Assembly (NCBI GenBank): GCA_028716965.1
Contig: JAQUOV010000004.1
Span: forward strand, 8,377 to 72,376
Reading direction: 5' to 3'
DNA length: 64,000 nt
DNA from: Candidatus Omnitrophota bacterium
GTDB lineage: Bacteria > Omnitrophota > Gorgyraeia > Gygaellales > Profunditerraquicolaceae
Shown here one piece after another: positions 27,929 through 36,970 of this stretch (position 1 is its first letter; each line of letters opens with the position of its first letter). The translations under genes were made by a program, and so were the position numbers. The notes beneath the pieces were generated by a model, which did not search any database, was not told where the DNA came from, and saw only the letters and a list, made by a program, of their open reading frames with translations.

Positions 27929-29809
27929 TTAACCTTCGCGGAGTTGTTTTTCGGCGTCAACAATATCGCGGTTTATTACGCGGATAGTTTCTTTTATTTT
28001 GTCTTTAAGCAGGTAAGAGGCAATCGGCGCCTGCGAGATCTCCCTTAAAACCTGCACGCTCATCCTGAAATAACGCACTACCTCGCCTTCGTCGCAATCA
28101 GTCATCTGCAGGGTTTTACCGAAGTTTGTCCCGCGCAGCCATGCCTCCATGCTGGAACAGAGATGAAAATAGGGCAGCTTACTGAAGGGGTAGATCTTAT
28201 AGCGGCGCTCCTTGTCTTTTAATCTGTCATATGTTTCTTCGCAGGTACGTTTGAGCGCGCGGCTGGATTTAGATATACTTGACGGCATGCGCTGATTTTT
28301 GCGCGGCTCAAAAACAACCGCGGAAGCCACTACGCCTAATTCAAATTCATCCAGCTGCTCAAGTATATTTTGGTCATATAATTCCGCCAGGACCAATTCA
28401 TATCCGTAAATAGTTTTAGCGAACCTTCCTTTTTCGGAAAGTTTCCCTTCATGGATGTAACCCAATTCTTTGAGCAGCCTTAGTTTTGCGTCCAGCAGGT
28501 TTAATGCCTGTTTTTGCTCATTCTTGCGCGACTGATAATAATGCAAAGAGAGGGGGTAGATTTTAAATAAATCCTCCTGGTATTTTTCGTAAAGGTTAAG
28601 AATAGTGGCATAAGAGGTGTTCAGCTGGCTCTTTACCTCTTCGGGCTTGCCGAAGATTATCCTGCTGACCTCTTCAAAATTTATCCTCTGCGGGTTAACC
28701 CGCGTGTAAACAAACCCTTCTTTATCTATCCCGCGCCTTCCGGCCCTGCCGGCCATCTGATAAAAGTCGCGCGTTTTCAGGTTGCGCACGTAAGTGCCGT
28801 AAAATTTACGCAGGCCGTCAAACATTACCGAGCGGCTGGGCATATTGATCCCCAGGGCAAAGGTTTCGGTAGTAAAAATAACTTTGAGCAGGCGGCTGGT
28901 AAAAAGCCGCTCGATTACCTCCTTTAAGGTAGGCAGCATCCCGGCATGATGATAGGCAATGCCGCGCTGTACCAGGGGATAGAGGATCTGCGCCGACTGT
29001 TCATGTTTTAAATTAAACCGTTCAAGCAGGTCTTCGTACATCTGGGTGATCGCGCGGGATTCTTTGGCGTCCAGGAATTTAAATCCGTATAAATCCTGGG
29101 CTAATTCCTCCGCGCGTTTGCGGCTGAAGACAAAATATATCGCCGGCAGCCCGTCGTTTGTACGCAGGTAGTCGATCAGTGAATTCAACCTGTTGGGTTT
29201 AGCGGAGCGCAGGCGTTTAAGGCGCTCAATTTTATCCACGATTTCATTCTGGCACTGGAAAAGGAAATGCAGCGGCACCGGCCGGTTTTCTTCAATGACT
29301 ACTTTTATGGCTTTATCGTGGATAGATTCGATCCAGCTGGCGAATTGTTTGATATTGGGGATGGTCGCGGATAACCCCAGCAGGTTCATCTGTTTAGGCA
29401 GGAAGATCAATGATTCCTCCCAGACCGTGCCGCGTTCGGGGTTATCAATGTAATGGATCTCGTCAAAGATGATCCAGGAGTATTTATCAAGGCTCTCTGG
29501 CTCATCCAGTATTTTGTTGCGGAAGATCTCGGTAGTCATGATCAGTACCGGGGCCTGGGGATTAATGGAAACGTCGCCGGTAAGGATGCCGATATTGTCC
29601 TGGAACTGGGCCTGGAAGTCGCGGAACTTCTGGTTGGAGAGAGCTTTAATCGGCGCGGTATAAATTACCCCCAGGTTATTGCGGATAGAGTTACTGATAA
29701 TGTACTCGGCAATCGCTGTTTTACCCGCCCCTGTAGGAGCAGAGACAATTACGGAGTGGCCCTGGTTGATATGGTCAATGGCTTCCTGCTGGAACCGGTC
29801 GTAAATCAT
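27929..29809 (-). CDS. Ski2/HelY-like DEAD/DEAH-box RNA helicase
   Basis: APTGAGKT, PIKALSNQK, MTTEIFRN, DEIH, LSAT, HHAGMLP, QMAGRAGRRG, C-terminal DSHCT (DEGEVVR, INRDIV). Confidence 0.93.
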   Translation of the reverse strand: MIYDRFQQEAIDHINQGHSVIVSAPTGAGKTAIAEYIISNSIRNNLGVIYTAPIKALSNQKFRDFQAQFQDNIGILTGDVSINPQAPVLIMTTEIFRNKILDEPESLDKYSWIIFDEIHYIDNPERGTVWEESLIFLPKQMNLLGLSATIPNIKQFASWIESIHDKAIKVVIEENRPVPLHFLFQCQNEIVDKIERLKRLRSAKPNRLNSLIDYLRTNDGLPAIYFVFSRKRAEELAQDLYGFKFLDAKESRAITQMYEDLLERFNLKHEQSAQILYPLVQRGIAYHHAGMLPTLKEVIERLFTSRLLKVIFTTETFALGINMPSRSVMFDGLRKFYGTYVRNLKTRDFYQMAGRAGRRGIDKEGFVYTRVNPQRINFEEVSRIIFGKPEEVKSQLNTSYATILNLYEKYQEDLFKIYPLSLHYYQSRKNEQKQALNLLDAKLRLLKELGYIHEGKLSEKGRFAKTIYGYELVLAELYDQNILEQLDEFELGVVASAVVFEPRKNQRMPSSISKSSRALKRTCEETYDRLKDKERRYKIYPFSKLPYFHLCSSMEAWLRGTNFGKTLQMTDCDEGEVVRYFRMSVQVLREISQAPIASYLLKDKIKETIRVINRDIVDAEKQLREG

Positions 29810-29816
29810 GATTTCT

Positions 29817-29844
29817 ATTATAAGCCAAAAAGCCGCAACCGCAA
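29817..29844 (-). promoter_or_regulatory. Putative sigma70 promoter of the helicase (leaderless geometry)
   Basis: Minus strand TTGCGG-16nt-TATAAT ending 7 nt before the ATG; no SD sequence. Confidence 0.5.
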
Positions 29845-29864
29845 TATAATAATCTCAATTATTC

Positions 29865-30073
29865 GCTTTCCGTCTTTCGCTTCGGCACGAAGATTTTCGC
29901 TGTGTGCTTCGGTTTACGTCTCGTTTCGGCAGCGCAGGTTCCTTACGCAATAAGGCATTGCCTGCACTCGCCGTAAAGCCTTGCACACTTTTGCCGAAAA
30001 TCTTCTCATTGTGCCTCCAGCAAAAGACGGAAATCTCATGGCGAGAAACAAGCCAAGGCAGCTCCGATAGCTA
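29865..30073. repeat. Family C long-hairpin repeat, copy 1
   Basis: TTTCCGTCTTT..GGCAC.GAAGATTTTCG..GTGTGC / GCACAC..CGAAAATCTTC..GTGCC..AAAAGACGGAAA; paralogous to 54182-54391. Confidence 0.88.
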
Positions 30074-30079
30074 AAATCA

Positions 30080-30107
30080 TTGATTTATCTTATAATAATA
30101 ATATAAT
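30080..30107 (+). promoter_or_regulatory. Putative sigma70 promoter (leaderless geometry)
   Basis: TTGATT-16nt-TATAAT ending 6 nt before ATG 30114. Confidence 0.45.
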
Positions 30108-30113
30108 AAAAAT

Positions 30114-30671
30114 ATGGGATATGAGGCAGCGCTTGATAAAGCGTGGAAGGATTTATTTAATCTTAACCCTAATCCTGCCAAGAATTTATTAGTTAAGTTC
30201 CTGGCGGATGAATATAGCGTAGATACGCAGGAAAGAAAGATTTTTTCTTCTTCCTGCAATGTACAGGCGAAGGATTTTGTCAGTATTCTGCTCTTGCATT
30301 ATCTGGCGCAAAAATTAAGAGGTTTGCCTGCGTTAAGCGGCCGCTGGCTTACCTTTAGGGAGTTTTCCGGTGTGGAGGGTTATTATGAGGCTTTCCACAG
30401 GCGTTGTATAGGGCCGGTAATCCGCAAATATGGCAAGAATACGGATGCCTTAAAAGATGTATTATCCAGATTGCCGGCGAAGCTTTCGCAGGGAGGGGAT
30501 ATCAGCCTGGTTATAGAGGCCTTTGCAGGCGTACCGGTACTGGTAAAATTATGGAAGCAGGACCCCGAGTTCGGGCCTGACGCAAATATGTATTTTGATG
30601 CGAGCATAAAGAGTATTTTTTGTACCGAAGATATCGTGGTATTGGCCCAGATAGTTGCTTCCCAGTTATGA
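30114..30671 (+). CDS. DUF3786 family protein
   Basis: ILLLHYL, WLTFREFSG..YYEAF, VPVLVKLW..DPEFGPDANMYFD, TEDIVVLA. Confidence 0.8.
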   Translation: MGYEAALDKAWKDLFNLNPNPAKNLLVKFLADEYSVDTQERKIFSSSCNVQAKDFVSILLLHYLAQKLRGLPALSGRWLTFREFSGVEGYYEAFHRRCIGPVIRKYGKNTDALKDVLSRLPAKLSQGGDISLVIEAFAGVPVLVKLWKQDPEFGPDANMYFDASIKSIFCTEDIVVLAQIVASQL

Positions 30672-31249
30672 GGAAAACTAAATCCCGGCAGAAGAAAATA
30701 ATTCTTTCGTTTCTCTTAGGGCTGTTGGCCTTAACGGGGTATTTTTTCGGCGATAATTTAGGGCTGCCTTTTAAGCATAAGGAAGGTTTCCGGGGGTATG
30801 TTTCCTCCGGCGATAATGACGATTATGGGAATCCCCTGGTAACAAGAGTTGTTGATGGGGATACCTTGAAGTTGGAAAACGGCAAATTCCTGCGTTTGTT
30901 GGGGATTGATACGCCGGAGATGCATGAGTCAGCCAAGCTTTTTCGCGATGCCAGGCGTACCGGGCAGAAGGCTGAAGAGATCAAGAAGCTTGGCAGGCAG
31001 TCTTATGAATTCACTAAGCAACTGGCGCAGGGTAAGCGCGTAAGGCTGGAGTTTGATAAGGAAAGATACGATAAGTATGGAAGAATCCTGGCCTATGTTT
31101 ATTTGCCCGACGGAAGGTTGCTGAATGCCTTGATTGTTGAGGAGGGGTATGCCTCGTTGATGAATTACCCTCCGAATGTAAAATATGCGGATTTATTCTC
31201 AAGGCTGTACCGCCAGGCGCGTGAAAATAAGCGCGGGCTCTGGAGATAA
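30668..31249 (+). CDS. Thermonuclease (SNase) family protein
   Basis: VTRVVDGDT, RLLGIDTPE, DKYGRILAYV, ARENKRGLW; ATGA overlap with the upstream stop. Confidence 0.92.
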   Translation: MRKTKSRQKKIILSFLLGLLALTGYFFGDNLGLPFKHKEGFRGYVSSGDNDDYGNPLVTRVVDGDTLKLENGKFLRLLGIDTPEMHESAKLFRDARRTGQKAEEIKKLGRQSYEFTKQLAQGKRVRLEFDKERYDKYGRILAYVYLPDGRLLNALIVEEGYASLMNYPPNVKYADLFSRLYRQARENKRGLWR

Positions 31250-31276
31250 ACGGATAAATAATTTAAGGAGGAATAT

Positions 31277-32323
31277 ATGTTGAGATATTTGACCGCAGGC
31301 GAATCACACGGAAAAGCAATTGTGGCTATCCTGGAAGGGTTTCCCGCAGGCCTTAAAGTGGATGTAAACAGGATGAATAAGGAATTAAAGCGCAGGCAGT
31401 GCGGGTTTGGCAGGGGTAAGCGCATGCAAATAGAAAACGACCGGGTGGAAATAACCTCCGGCCTTAAGAATAATATTACTCTCGGCAGCCCGGTTACCTT
31501 ATTCATCAAGAATAAGGACACCAGCATTGAAAAACTGCATAAGGTTATTGCTGCCCGGCCCGGCCATGCGGATTTAGCCGGATTATTGAAATATGGTTTT
31601 ACGGATATAAGAGAGGTATTGGAACGCGCCTCGGCGCGCAGCACGGCAGGCACCGTCGGCTTAGGGGCACTATGCAAAAAATTCCTGGATGAGTTTGGCA
31701 TAACTATTACCAGCAGGGTTTTGTCGATAGGCGGCGAATCTACCTCTAAGGGGATAATTGCAAAAATAACCGAAGCGATTAAAAATAAAGATACAGTAGG
31801 CGGCGTTTTTGAGGTAGTCGCCAAAAAAGTCCCCGTCGGCCTGGGTAGTTATGTGCAGGCTGACCGCAGGCTGGACAGCCGCTTGGCAGGCTCAGTCATC
31901 TCTATCCCGGGAGTCAAATCTTTTGAGGTTGGGCTGGGTTTAGGTTATGCCGTCAGCTTCGGTTCAGAGGTGCACGATGCGATTTATTATAATAAGAACA
32001 AAGGGTATTCCAGAAGGACCAATAATGCCGGAGGCATTGAAGGCGGGGTATCTAACGGCCAGGATATAGTGTTGCGCGCCTGTATGAAGCCGATAGCGAC
32101 ACTGATGAACCCGCTGGATTCGGTAAATATATCTACTAAGAAACCCGCCAAGGCAGCCACCGAGCGTTCGGATACCTGCGTGGTGGAATCCGCCGGCGTG
32201 GTGGCCGAGGCAGCATGCGCGCTTGTCTTGGCCGATGCCTTTCTTGAAAAATTCGGCTCGGATTCATTGGCTGATATTAAAAAAAATTATGCTAATTACA
32301 GGAACAGGATAGCACATGCCTAA
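31277..32323 (+). CDS. aroC: Chorismate synthase
   Basis: TAGESHG, RPGHAD, ERASARST, NNAGGIEGGVSNG, MKPIATL. Confidence 0.97.
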   Translation: MLRYLTAGESHGKAIVAILEGFPAGLKVDVNRMNKELKRRQCGFGRGKRMQIENDRVEITSGLKNNITLGSPVTLFIKNKDTSIEKLHKVIAARPGHADLAGLLKYGFTDIREVLERASARSTAGTVGLGALCKKFLDEFGITITSRVLSIGGESTSKGIIAKITEAIKNKDTVGGVFEVVAKKVPVGLGSYVQADRRLDSRLAGSVISIPGVKSFEVGLGLGYAVSFGSEVHDAIYYNKNKGYSRRTNNAGGIEGGVSNGQDIVLRACMKPIATLMNPLDSVNISTKKPAKAATERSDTCVVESAGVVAEAACALVLADAFLEKFGSDSLADIKKNYANYRNRIAHA

Positions 32324-32603
32324 TCTCAGTTACCATAATATAAAAATTGCAAAATCCGAACACACTAAAGAAGTAGTCGTAGAAGGGGAGGTGAGCAACC
32401 ATACTGAAAAGTCTTATGCTACGGTTGCGGTACGGGTTGTGCTTTTTATCAAGAATATAACTGTGGCCAATATGGTGTTTACGATTAACGGCCTGCCTGC
32501 GGGGGGCACCAGGCCATTTAAAAAGACCATTGATGACCTGGAGTATGAGCAGGTAGGCAAGGATATCAACCGTTACGATATCTATACCGAAAGCGCATTT
32601 TGA
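32316..32603 (+). CDS. Small Ig-like (FxLYD-like) hypothetical protein
   Basis: VEGEVSNHTEKSY..V.V.V.LF..INGLPAGGTRPF pattern. Confidence 0.6.
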   Translation: MPNLSYHNIKIAKSEHTKEVVVEGEVSNHTEKSYATVAVRVVLFIKNITVANMVFTINGLPAGGTRPFKKTIDDLEYEQVGKDINRYDIYTESAF

Positions 32604-32674
32604 TTTTTTAAAGAATATTTCAAGTTAGATAGTTTCCCCTTTTTCGTCTATTGCCGCAGAAAGGGGTGATCAAG

Positions 32675-32926
32675 ATGGAAAAGGCAATAAGCGTCAGCCG
32701 TGTCTGCAGGTTAGACAGTGATTCAAAACTTAAGGCTTTTGTTGATGTTTCAATCTCAGGAGTAGTGGTCAAAGGCTTTAGCGTAGTAAATGGCAGTAAA
32801 GGGTTATTCGTGAGTATGCCGCGTCATCAAGGCAAGGATGGGAAATGGTATAACACGGTTTATCCTTCTACCAAGGAGTTGAAACAGCAGTTAAGCGAAG
32901 CGGTATTAGAAGCGTATAACAGTTAG
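32675..32926 (+). CDS. spoVG: SpoVG family nucleic-acid-binding protein
   Basis: LKAFVDV, GLFVSMP, DGKWYNTVYP, AVLEAY. Confidence 0.9.
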   Translation: MEKAISVSRVCRLDSDSKLKAFVDVSISGVVVKGFSVVNGSKGLFVSMPRHQGKDGKWYNTVYPSTKELKQQLSEAVLEAYNS

Positions 32927-32935
32927 TTAACTAAC

Positions 32936-33026
32936 GGATGGTCCTTAAGCCAAGGGAAAAGTGTCCTTTGTAGAGGAAGTTATCCACTACGGGGACACTT
33001 CTCCGATTGGCTCAAGAAACGTCCCT
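32936..33026. repeat. Family E palindrome, copy 2 (inverted, degenerate left arm)
   Basis: GGGGACACTTCTCCGATTGGCTCAAGAAACGTCCCT matches the reverse complement of 27850-27885. Confidence 0.85.
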
Positions 33027-33035
33027 GCTTAAAAG

Positions 33036-33653
33036 ATGAATATTTATTTAGTGGGGTTTATGGGTACCGGAAAAACCTCTGTCGGCTGCCAGTTGGCTAA
33101 GGAAAAGGGGTTGAATTTCGTGGATTTGGATGAGCTTATTGAATTGAAAGAACAACGCAGGATTGTGGATATTTTCTGCAGGGAAGGCGAGGCATATTTC
33201 CGTAAAATCGAGAAAAGGGTTTTAAGAGATGTTTCAACCCAAAAGGACTTTGTAGTTGCCTGCGGCGGCGGAGTTGTTTTAGACAAAGACAATATCAAGC
33301 TGATGAAAAAAACAGGTACGATGATTTGCCTTAGCGCCAGCCCCGAAGAAATACTCAAGAGGACCTCCGCAAATAAAGACCGGCCGCTTTTGAATGTAGA
33401 TAAACCCAAGAAACGCATAGAGCTTTTATTAAAGATGCGCGCGCCTTATTATATGCAGGCCGATAAGATAATTGACACATCGCGCTTTTCGGTTAAGCAG
33501 GTGGCCGGGAAGATATCTAAAATGCTTGCCAGTAAGGGGCGGAGCCTCTCCTCCGGGTCAAAGCCCGGGGTTGCCAAAAGCGGAATATTTGAGCGGCCAA
33601 AAATCCATCCTTGCACTAAAGGGCGGGGTTCCCGGCCGCGAAAGCATGAATGA
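33036..33653 (+). CDS. aroK: Shikimate kinase with a non-homologous C-terminal extension
   Basis: NIYLVGFMGTGKT, DLD, GEAYFR, CGGG, RPLL. Confidence 0.95.
   Translation: MNIYLVGFMGTGKTSVGCQLAKEKGLNFVDLDELIELKEQRRIVDIFCREGEAYFRKIEKRVLRDVSTQKDFVVACGGGVVLDKDNIKLMKKTGTMICLSASPEEILKRTSANKDRPLLNVDKPKKRIELLLKMRAPYYMQADKIIDTSRFSVKQVAGKISKMLASKGRSLSSGSKPGVAKSGIFERPKIHPCTKGRGSRPRKHE
33530..33645. mobile_element. Possible IS200/IS605-end-like miniature palindromic element
   Basis: Two hairpins CTCCGGG-TCAAAG-CCCGGGG and CCTTGCAC-TAAA-GGGCGGGG read through as the aroK tail. Confidence 0.45.
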
Positions 33654-34731
33654 TTTTGAGTCTTTGGTAAGCCTGAACCTTATCCCGCAGATAGGCAGCG
33701 TATGCCTGGAGCGCCTGCTCGGATATTTTAATAAACCCCAGGATATATTCAAAGCCAGCCGGAAGAGCCTGGAAGGGGCCGTAGGCGCAAAGATCAGCGA
33801 GCGTATAGTTGCATTTGATACCAGGAATTTAGATAATGACTTAGGGCAGGCTAAAAAAGCGGGAGTGGAGATTGTCACGCTCTTTGACGCAGGTTACCCG
33901 CAGAGCTTAAAACAGATACCGGGTTTGCCGATTGTGCTTTATGTTTCAGGCAGGATAACCGAGGCAGATAATTTAAGCCTGGGCATTGTCGGTTCACGCC
34001 GCGCCTCGTTTTACGGCTTAAGCAGCGCGGAGAGGTTTGCTGCGGAGCTGGCTTCAAATAACCTGACCGTTGTTTCGGGTATGGCCAGGGGCGTGGATAC
34101 TTATGCCCATCGCGGAGCATTAAAAGTACGCGGCCGCACGATCGCGGTAATGGGCAGCGGTTTTAATCATATTTATCCTCCTGAAAACCGGGGGCTTGCC
34201 GCAGAGATAGCAGAAAGCGGCGCGGTGATTTCAGAGTTTCCAATGGATGCAAAGCCCCTGGCGCAGAATTTCCCCCGGCGCAACCGCCTGATCAGCGGCT
34301 TGAGTTTAGGTGTCTTGGTTACCGAAGCAGCCAGGAACAGCGGGGCGTTAATTACCGTAGATTTTGCTTTGGAGCAAGGAAGAGAGGTTTTTGCTTTGCC
34401 GGGCAGGATTGATTCCTGCGGGTCAATGGGGACTAATGAGATGCTTAAACAGGGCGCAAAGCTGGTTACCTCCAGCCAGGATATCCTTGAGGAGCTGGGT
34501 TTGGATCCTTCCCGTAATGGGGACCAATCTGCGCCGGCGGAAAAAGAAAATATTTTATGTGCAAAAGAAGAAGATATGCTTTATAATTGCATAAACCGCA
34601 AGGCCGTCGCAATCGATGATTTGATAGAAAAAACATCCTTAGAAAGCGGCAAAGTTTCAGAGCTGATTTTGAAGTTACAATTTAAGAAGTTGATCAGGGA
34701 GTTACCGGGTAAACAATTTATAAGGAGCTAA
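33646..34731 (+). CDS. dprA: DNA-processing protein DprA
   Basis: IVGSRRAS, VSGMARGVD, NFPRRNRLISGLS, SGALIT, ALEQGREVFA; start at ATG 33646. Confidence 0.95.
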   Translation: MNDFESLVSLNLIPQIGSVCLERLLGYFNKPQDIFKASRKSLEGAVGAKISERIVAFDTRNLDNDLGQAKKAGVEIVTLFDAGYPQSLKQIPGLPIVLYVSGRITEADNLSLGIVGSRRASFYGLSSAERFAAELASNNLTVVSGMARGVDTYAHRGALKVRGRTIAVMGSGFNHIYPPENRGLAAEIAESGAVISEFPMDAKPLAQNFPRRNRLISGLSLGVLVTEAARNSGALITVDFALEQGREVFALPGRIDSCGSMGTNEMLKQGAKLVTSSQDILEELGLDPSRNGDQSAPAEKENILCAKEEDMLYNCINRKAVAIDDLIEKTSLESGKVSELILKLQFKKLIRELPGKQFIRS

Positions 34732-36732
34732 ATGTCTAAAAATCTGGTTATCGTAGAGTCGCCTACCAAGGCTAAAACCATAAGCAAGATCCTGGGCCAG
34801 GATTTTAGCGTGGTTTCCTCCATGGGGCATATTATTGACCTGCCGCAGAAAGAATTGGGCGTAGATGTAGATAATAATTTCAAGCCGGAATATGTGATTA
34901 TCCCGGCCAGAAAGAAATTGTTGACCCAGCTTAGAAAAGAGGCCAAGTCAAAAGAGAAGATATATGTGGCAACCGACCCTGACCGGGAGGGTGAGGCAAT
35001 CGGCTGGCAGATAAAAGAAAAGGTCTTTAAGGGCAAGGATGTCCTGCGGGTAAGTTTTCATGAGATTACCCCGCATGCGGTAGGGGAGGCCTTTAAATCC
35101 GCACGTGAGTTTGACGCCAATATGATTGAGGCCCAGGTCGGCCGCAGGGTGCTGGACCGTATCGTCGGATATTTCTTGAGCCCTTTACTTTGGAAAAAAC
35201 TTGCCCGCGGTTTAAGCGCAGGGCGCGTGCAATCCGTAGCCTTAAGGCTGATCGTGGAACGGGAACGCCAGATCCAGGCCTTTACCGCCAGCGAATATTG
35301 GGAGATTATCGCGGAGTTATTTAAGCCTAAGGTCTTCGGGGAGAGTAGTTTTTGCGCTAAACTTGAAAAGATAGACGGTGAAAAAGCGCAGATTAAGACC
35401 CAGGATGAAGCGCAAGCGATCGTAGAGCAGCTTAAGGAAAAAGAGTTTAAGGTCCTGGAGGTTAAGCAAACAGAAAAGAAACGCTATGCCCCGGCTCCAT
35501 TTATCACCAGCACTATGCAGCAGGAGGCCTTTAATAAGCTTAAGTTTAATGCCTCCAAAACCATGATGGTGGCGCAGCAGCTTTACGAGGGTATTGATAT
35601 CGGCGGGGATAACCCCCTGGGCTTGATTACTTATATGCGTACGGATTCTCCGAATACCGCTCCGGAGGCAGTTGCCGAAGTGCGTGAGCATATCGGCAGG
35701 GTCTTCGGCAAGGATTTTGTCCCGGAGAAACCGAATTTTTTCAAGGCTAAAAAATCAGCGCAGCAGGCGCATGAAGCGATCCGGCCAAGCTATGTTTCGC
35801 GTTCTCCGGAAAGCATGAAAGATTTCTTAAGCCACGACCAGTTTCGTTTATATGAGCTCATTTATAACCGTTTCCTGGCCAGCCAGATGAAACCCGCTGA
35901 ATTCCTGGCTACTTCGGTAGATATCTGCGCGGATAAATATTTGTTTGCGGCTAACGGAAGCCATTTGCTTTTTGAGGGGTTCCTGGCTGCTTACAACAGG
36001 ACCGAAGAGGAGGAAAAGGATGACGAGGAGGAGAAAGAAAAAAACAAGAATGTGGTCCCTCCTTTAGAACAAGGAGAGGTTCTCGGTCTGACTAAGCTTG
36101 TGCCCTCCCAACATTTTACCAAGCCGCCTCCGAGGTTTTCGGACAGCTCTTTAGTCAAGGCCCTGGAAGAGGACGGGATCGGCCGGCCTTCAACCTACGC
36201 GCCGATTATTTACACGCTCATTCTGCGCGATTATGTGCGCAGGATTAAAGGCTATCTTAACCCCACGGAGCTTGGTTTCAAGGTCAGCGATATGCTGGTA
36301 GAATATTTCCCGAAGATTATAGATGTCAAGTTTACCGCGCTTATGGAGGATGAGCTGGATGAGATTGAAGAAGGCAGGCTTAAGCGCGTGGAGGTATTAA
36401 AAGAATTCTACGCCCCTTTTAAAGAGAGCCTGGATTTTGCCCAGGCGAATATAAAGAAGGAGGTTATTACTACCGATCAGATTTGCGATAAATGCGGCAA
36501 GCCTTTTATCATAAAGTGGGGCCGGCGCGGTAAATTCCTGAGTTGTTCGGGTTTTCCCTCCTGCAAGAATTCCAGGTCTATTACTTCCGGTGTCAAATGC
36601 CCGGAAGAAAATTGCGGCGGGGAATTGATCGAGCGCAGGTCAAAGCGCGGTTTTTTCTATGGTTGTTCAAACTTTCCGAAATGCACCTTTACCTCGCGTA
36701 CGTTGCCGCAGGATAAGGAAGATACGCAATGA
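34732..36732 (+). CDS. topA: DNA topoisomerase I
   Basis: LVIVESPTKAK, ATDPDREGE, SAGRVQS, ITYMRTD, GIGRPSTYA, C-terminal zinc ribbons. Confidence 0.98.
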   Translation: MSKNLVIVESPTKAKTISKILGQDFSVVSSMGHIIDLPQKELGVDVDNNFKPEYVIIPARKKLLTQLRKEAKSKEKIYVATDPDREGEAIGWQIKEKVFKGKDVLRVSFHEITPHAVGEAFKSAREFDANMIEAQVGRRVLDRIVGYFLSPLLWKKLARGLSAGRVQSVALRLIVERERQIQAFTASEYWEIIAELFKPKVFGESSFCAKLEKIDGEKAQIKTQDEAQAIVEQLKEKEFKVLEVKQTEKKRYAPAPFITSTMQQEAFNKLKFNASKTMMVAQQLYEGIDIGGDNPLGLITYMRTDSPNTAPEAVAEVREHIGRVFGKDFVPEKPNFFKAKKSAQQAHEAIRPSYVSRSPESMKDFLSHDQFRLYELIYNRFLASQMKPAEFLATSVDICADKYLFAANGSHLLFEGFLAAYNRTEEEEKDDEEEKEKNKNVVPPLEQGEVLGLTKLVPSQHFTKPPPRFSDSSLVKALEEDGIGRPSTYAPIIYTLILRDYVRRIKGYLNPTELGFKVSDMLVEYFPKIIDVKFTALMEDELDEIEEGRLKRVEVLKEFYAPFKESLDFAQANIKKEVITTDQICDKCGKPFIIKWGRRGKFLSCSGFPSCKNSRSITSGVKCPEENCGGELIERRSKRGFFYGCSNFPKCTFTSRTLPQDKEDTQ

Positions 36733-36942
36733 ACCTTGTAAATTTCTCGCTCAAGCCGATTTTTTAACGCCAATGTTCTTTCATATTCCGGCGGTTGCAG
36801 AACTTACGGTATTTGCTCTGGCAAATACCACTCAAACAGCTTCGCCGTCCCCGTTTTGTCGCTTCGCTCCACGGGGATTCCCGGAATACTGAAAGCTCCA
36901 TTGGCTAAAATCGACATTCGCTCGAAATTTACCAGGTTCATT
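36728..36942. repeat. Family B 215-bp long-hairpin repeat, copy 2
   Basis: AATGAACCTTGTAAATTTC...GAAATTTACCAGGTTCATT; overlaps the topA stop codon; paralogue of 10398-10612. Confidence 0.9.
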
Positions 36943-36970
36943 TTACGAGACCGGAAAACGAATAAAATAT

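Noticed and set aside
33472-33645. Extended N-termini from the ORF track for dprA, purF, kdsD, tig, clpP, GT4 (49908), the thermonuclease and UPF0016
   Set aside because: Homology and RBS position indicate downstream starts; the extensions run through repeats or upstream genes.
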